Shown: positions 61,561 through 64,000 of the stretch, piece after piece
Layout: the number at the start of each line of letters is the position of its first letter
Numbering within the stretch: position 1 is the stretch's first letter
Source of the DNA: Chiloscyllium plagiosum
Taxonomy: Eukaryota
Length of the DNA stretch: 64,000 bases
Assembly: GCF_004010195.1 (NCBI RefSeq)
Contig: NC_057712.1
Coordinates: forward strand, 85,392,886-85,456,885
Direction of reading: 5' to 3'
Notes under the pieces: generated by a model
The model's input: only the letters and a program-made list of their open reading frames with translations
Database searches by the model: none
What the model was told of the DNA's origin: nothing
Made by a program: the position numbers and the translations under genes

Positions 61561-62684
61561 AAGTCTTCCTTCATCTCTCTGCTGTTCTCATTTCACTCTG
61601 TCTCAAGTTACCCTCAATTTCTGTTTTTATTTCAGGAAATAATGCATATTTATTTTTGCTTCTTATATTTGCAATCTGAACTTCCACTTAAAAATATCAG
61701 TTAATTTTTTATTGAACGATATGGCATTGTGGACTCAAATATATAACAAAGCAATTCTGTGTAGCACAACACAGAACAATAATGCACAATTTGTAAGCAC
61801 AGAGCACCTTGATAATACAGTGAAGTATATGACAGTCAGTAACATAGCACAATACAATACATTTGATTCTTCTGGAGTTCACTTTTCATATGATGGAATT
61901 CCAATTTGGGGTAATAAGAATACGTTGATATTTAGTAACTGTTTCCTATTCATTCATACTATCTAGAAATAATAATGTGTTAATAGGATCTCAATGATCG
62001 AATAAGATGGATATTCATGAGTGTTCCAAGATCAAGAGATAAATGGTTTTGAATTATTGAATTAAAAATATATTTTTAACGTTAAGGAAAAATGTTTCCT
62101 TTCAAAAGCATTTTTCTTTCAGATCCTTCTGGTGAGGTGCATCTTATATTCCAAATGACAGTACAAACATAGAGATCTCTATAGATTATATAGTGTTCTT
62201 GTTTCAATTGTGCAATCTGTATCGGTTGTCAGAGCACAAACTATCCTTCCCTTCCATCTGCTCAATGCTTTACCTAACAACTTGAGAAAGATCATTATCC
62301 CGAGGAACAGACACAACGTGAACGTCTGTTAAGGCTGGCATTTGTTGCCAGGTCTCCAGTCCATGTCACAATACACTAAATAATTCTGACACTGAGGCCC
62401 CTTATGATTAATTTTAGTATCAGTTTCATATAAAAGAATTGTATAATTTAGGCTGCTTCTTATTGATTTTCATTGCAAATATCTGAGTTTCAGAATGCAT
62501 TACATAGTGGAAACAATCCCAGCTGTTGCTAGGGATCATGGTGATGGTGAGAATGGTATTAAGAAAAGAATCTGGTCACCCTACTGGAATTGAACCTGAC
62601 CACACTGTCCAAAATTTCAGGGTTTAGCTGTTTTTGTGGGATATGCCTTCTGGGTCAGCATGAATCTAAACTATGGGCCAAACA

Positions 62685-62950
62685 ATTAGATTCCCTACAG
62701 TGTGGAAATAGGCCCTTCTGCCCAACAAGTCCACACAGACCCTCTGACTCACTAATGTACCTAACACTATGGGCAATTCACCTGGCCTGCACATCTTTTG
62801 GAATGTGGGAGGAAACCGGAGGACCCGGAGGAAACCCACGTGGACACGGGGAGAATGCACAAACTCCACACAGTCACCCAAGGTGAGAATTGAACCCAGG
62901 TCCCTCGTGCTGTGAGGCAACAGTGCTAATCACTAAGCCACCGTGCCACG
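62685..62950 (-). mobile_element. HE1-like V-SINE
   Basis: Tail cagtgtggaaataggccctt, V-domain gtgggaggaaaccgga...gaatgcacaaactcc, and tRNA head. Confidence 0.9.
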
Positions 62951-63314
62951 CCAATGAAAAAAAAATCTGTCCTTTTATAACACCAATTAAAAGAGTCTTA
63001 ATTAAGATAGGGTGTCTACGTCTATGTATGCTCAAATTTTAAATAAACCAGATAGTTTGTACATATAGTCTTTTAGGGGCTATTCACAAAGTAAAGGCAT
63101 CTCAGAGCTTGAATGTTTACCAGAGAGGAAATAAACTATTGGTTACATATAGTTGTCATGAAATCAGGAGCCATAGTGATCAAGTTAAACACTTGTAGTA
63201 GTAATTTAATATGTTCCAAGACTGCCAACTAGTCCTTGCAAAGAAAAGAGATTGGCAAATTGTTAGAATTAAATCAAAAATTGAAGAAAACATGAGTACT
63301 GATTTGTGAGTGAA

Positions 63315-63595
63315 TGGATTTTTTTATTCAAGAGATGTGGACATCACTGGCTAGGCCAGCATTTATTGACCATCCCTAATTTCCCAGAGAACAGTAAAGA
63401 ATCAAACACATTGCTGTGAACATGTAGACCAAACTAGATATGGACAGCAGTGAACCTGATGGATTTTTACAACAATCAAATCATGGTCAACATTAGACTC
63501 TTATTTCCAGATTTTTATTGAACTCAAATTCCACCCCCAGGTCCTCAGAAGATTAATTGAGCTTTTGGATGAATAGTTTAGGGATAATACCAAAG
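63315..63595 (-). mobile_element. tRNA-derived SINE sharing its tail with the LINE at 40452-41190
   Basis: ttttattc...catcactggctaggccagcatttattgaccatcc resembles 40453-40512. Confidence 0.65.
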
Positions 63596-64000
63596 TTTTA
63601 ACAGTGCTGACTTTGAACCTCTTATCTAAAAGACTAATTTCAAATTTGCCTAAGATATGAAAATGGTTTTACTCACTATGTCCTCAAGTGGTGAGCAATT
63701 AAATGCTGCACTATTCTGTCCTCTACCTTTCGCTGGTTGCAAAGTAAAACATTGGGTGTCTGCGTTGGGCACATTTCCTGGCTCGGAAAGTTCCTTGGGA
63801 TACAATTCCTGTTCCTTCATTGTAATTATGATGGAACAGGATATGAAGCTTCAACTACAATATATACAAGTATTATCCAAATGGCCAATCACTGAACAAC
63901 CTAATTCCTCAATCACCCGGCGATAGATTTAGTCCCTGATCCTTGGCAATTCAGTGTAATGTACCCCTTCACTAGTGGCACAGTCTGGGTGGAATATGCA

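Overview
This is repeat-dense vertebrate genomic DNA. The HE1/V-SINE copies and CR1(HER1)-type LINEs point to a cartilaginous fish, probably a shark (inference). I recognise no intact cellular protein-coding gene; most long ORFs in the track come from a satellite, N-gaps or decayed transposons. The window holds nested, decayed retroelements (CR1, RTE, L2, two Gypsy LTR relics plus a solo LTR with a target-site duplication (TSD), Penelope-like elements (PLE) of two types, SINEs), a large Harbinger-type DNA transposon relic, and an ~11.3 kb array of a 28/29-bp G-rich tandem repeat (16630-27930, two assembly gaps) with ~1 kb higher-order blocks. The most interesting signals are: (1) minimal hammerhead ribozyme motifs in Penelope-derived elements, some apparently intact, one in a young TSD-flanked insertion; (2) a 102-bp double-hairpin segment duplicated into the middle of a SINE with microhomology junctions; (3) inverted templated micro-insertions inside the satellite; (4) a second primer-binding-site (PBS)-like motif inside the Gypsy LTRs; (5) a candidate homeobox-type cis-regulatory module near 56.6-56.9 kb. 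I cannot claim a new biological system from sequence alone. Boundaries were read by eye and are approximate unless a TSD or terminus is quoted.
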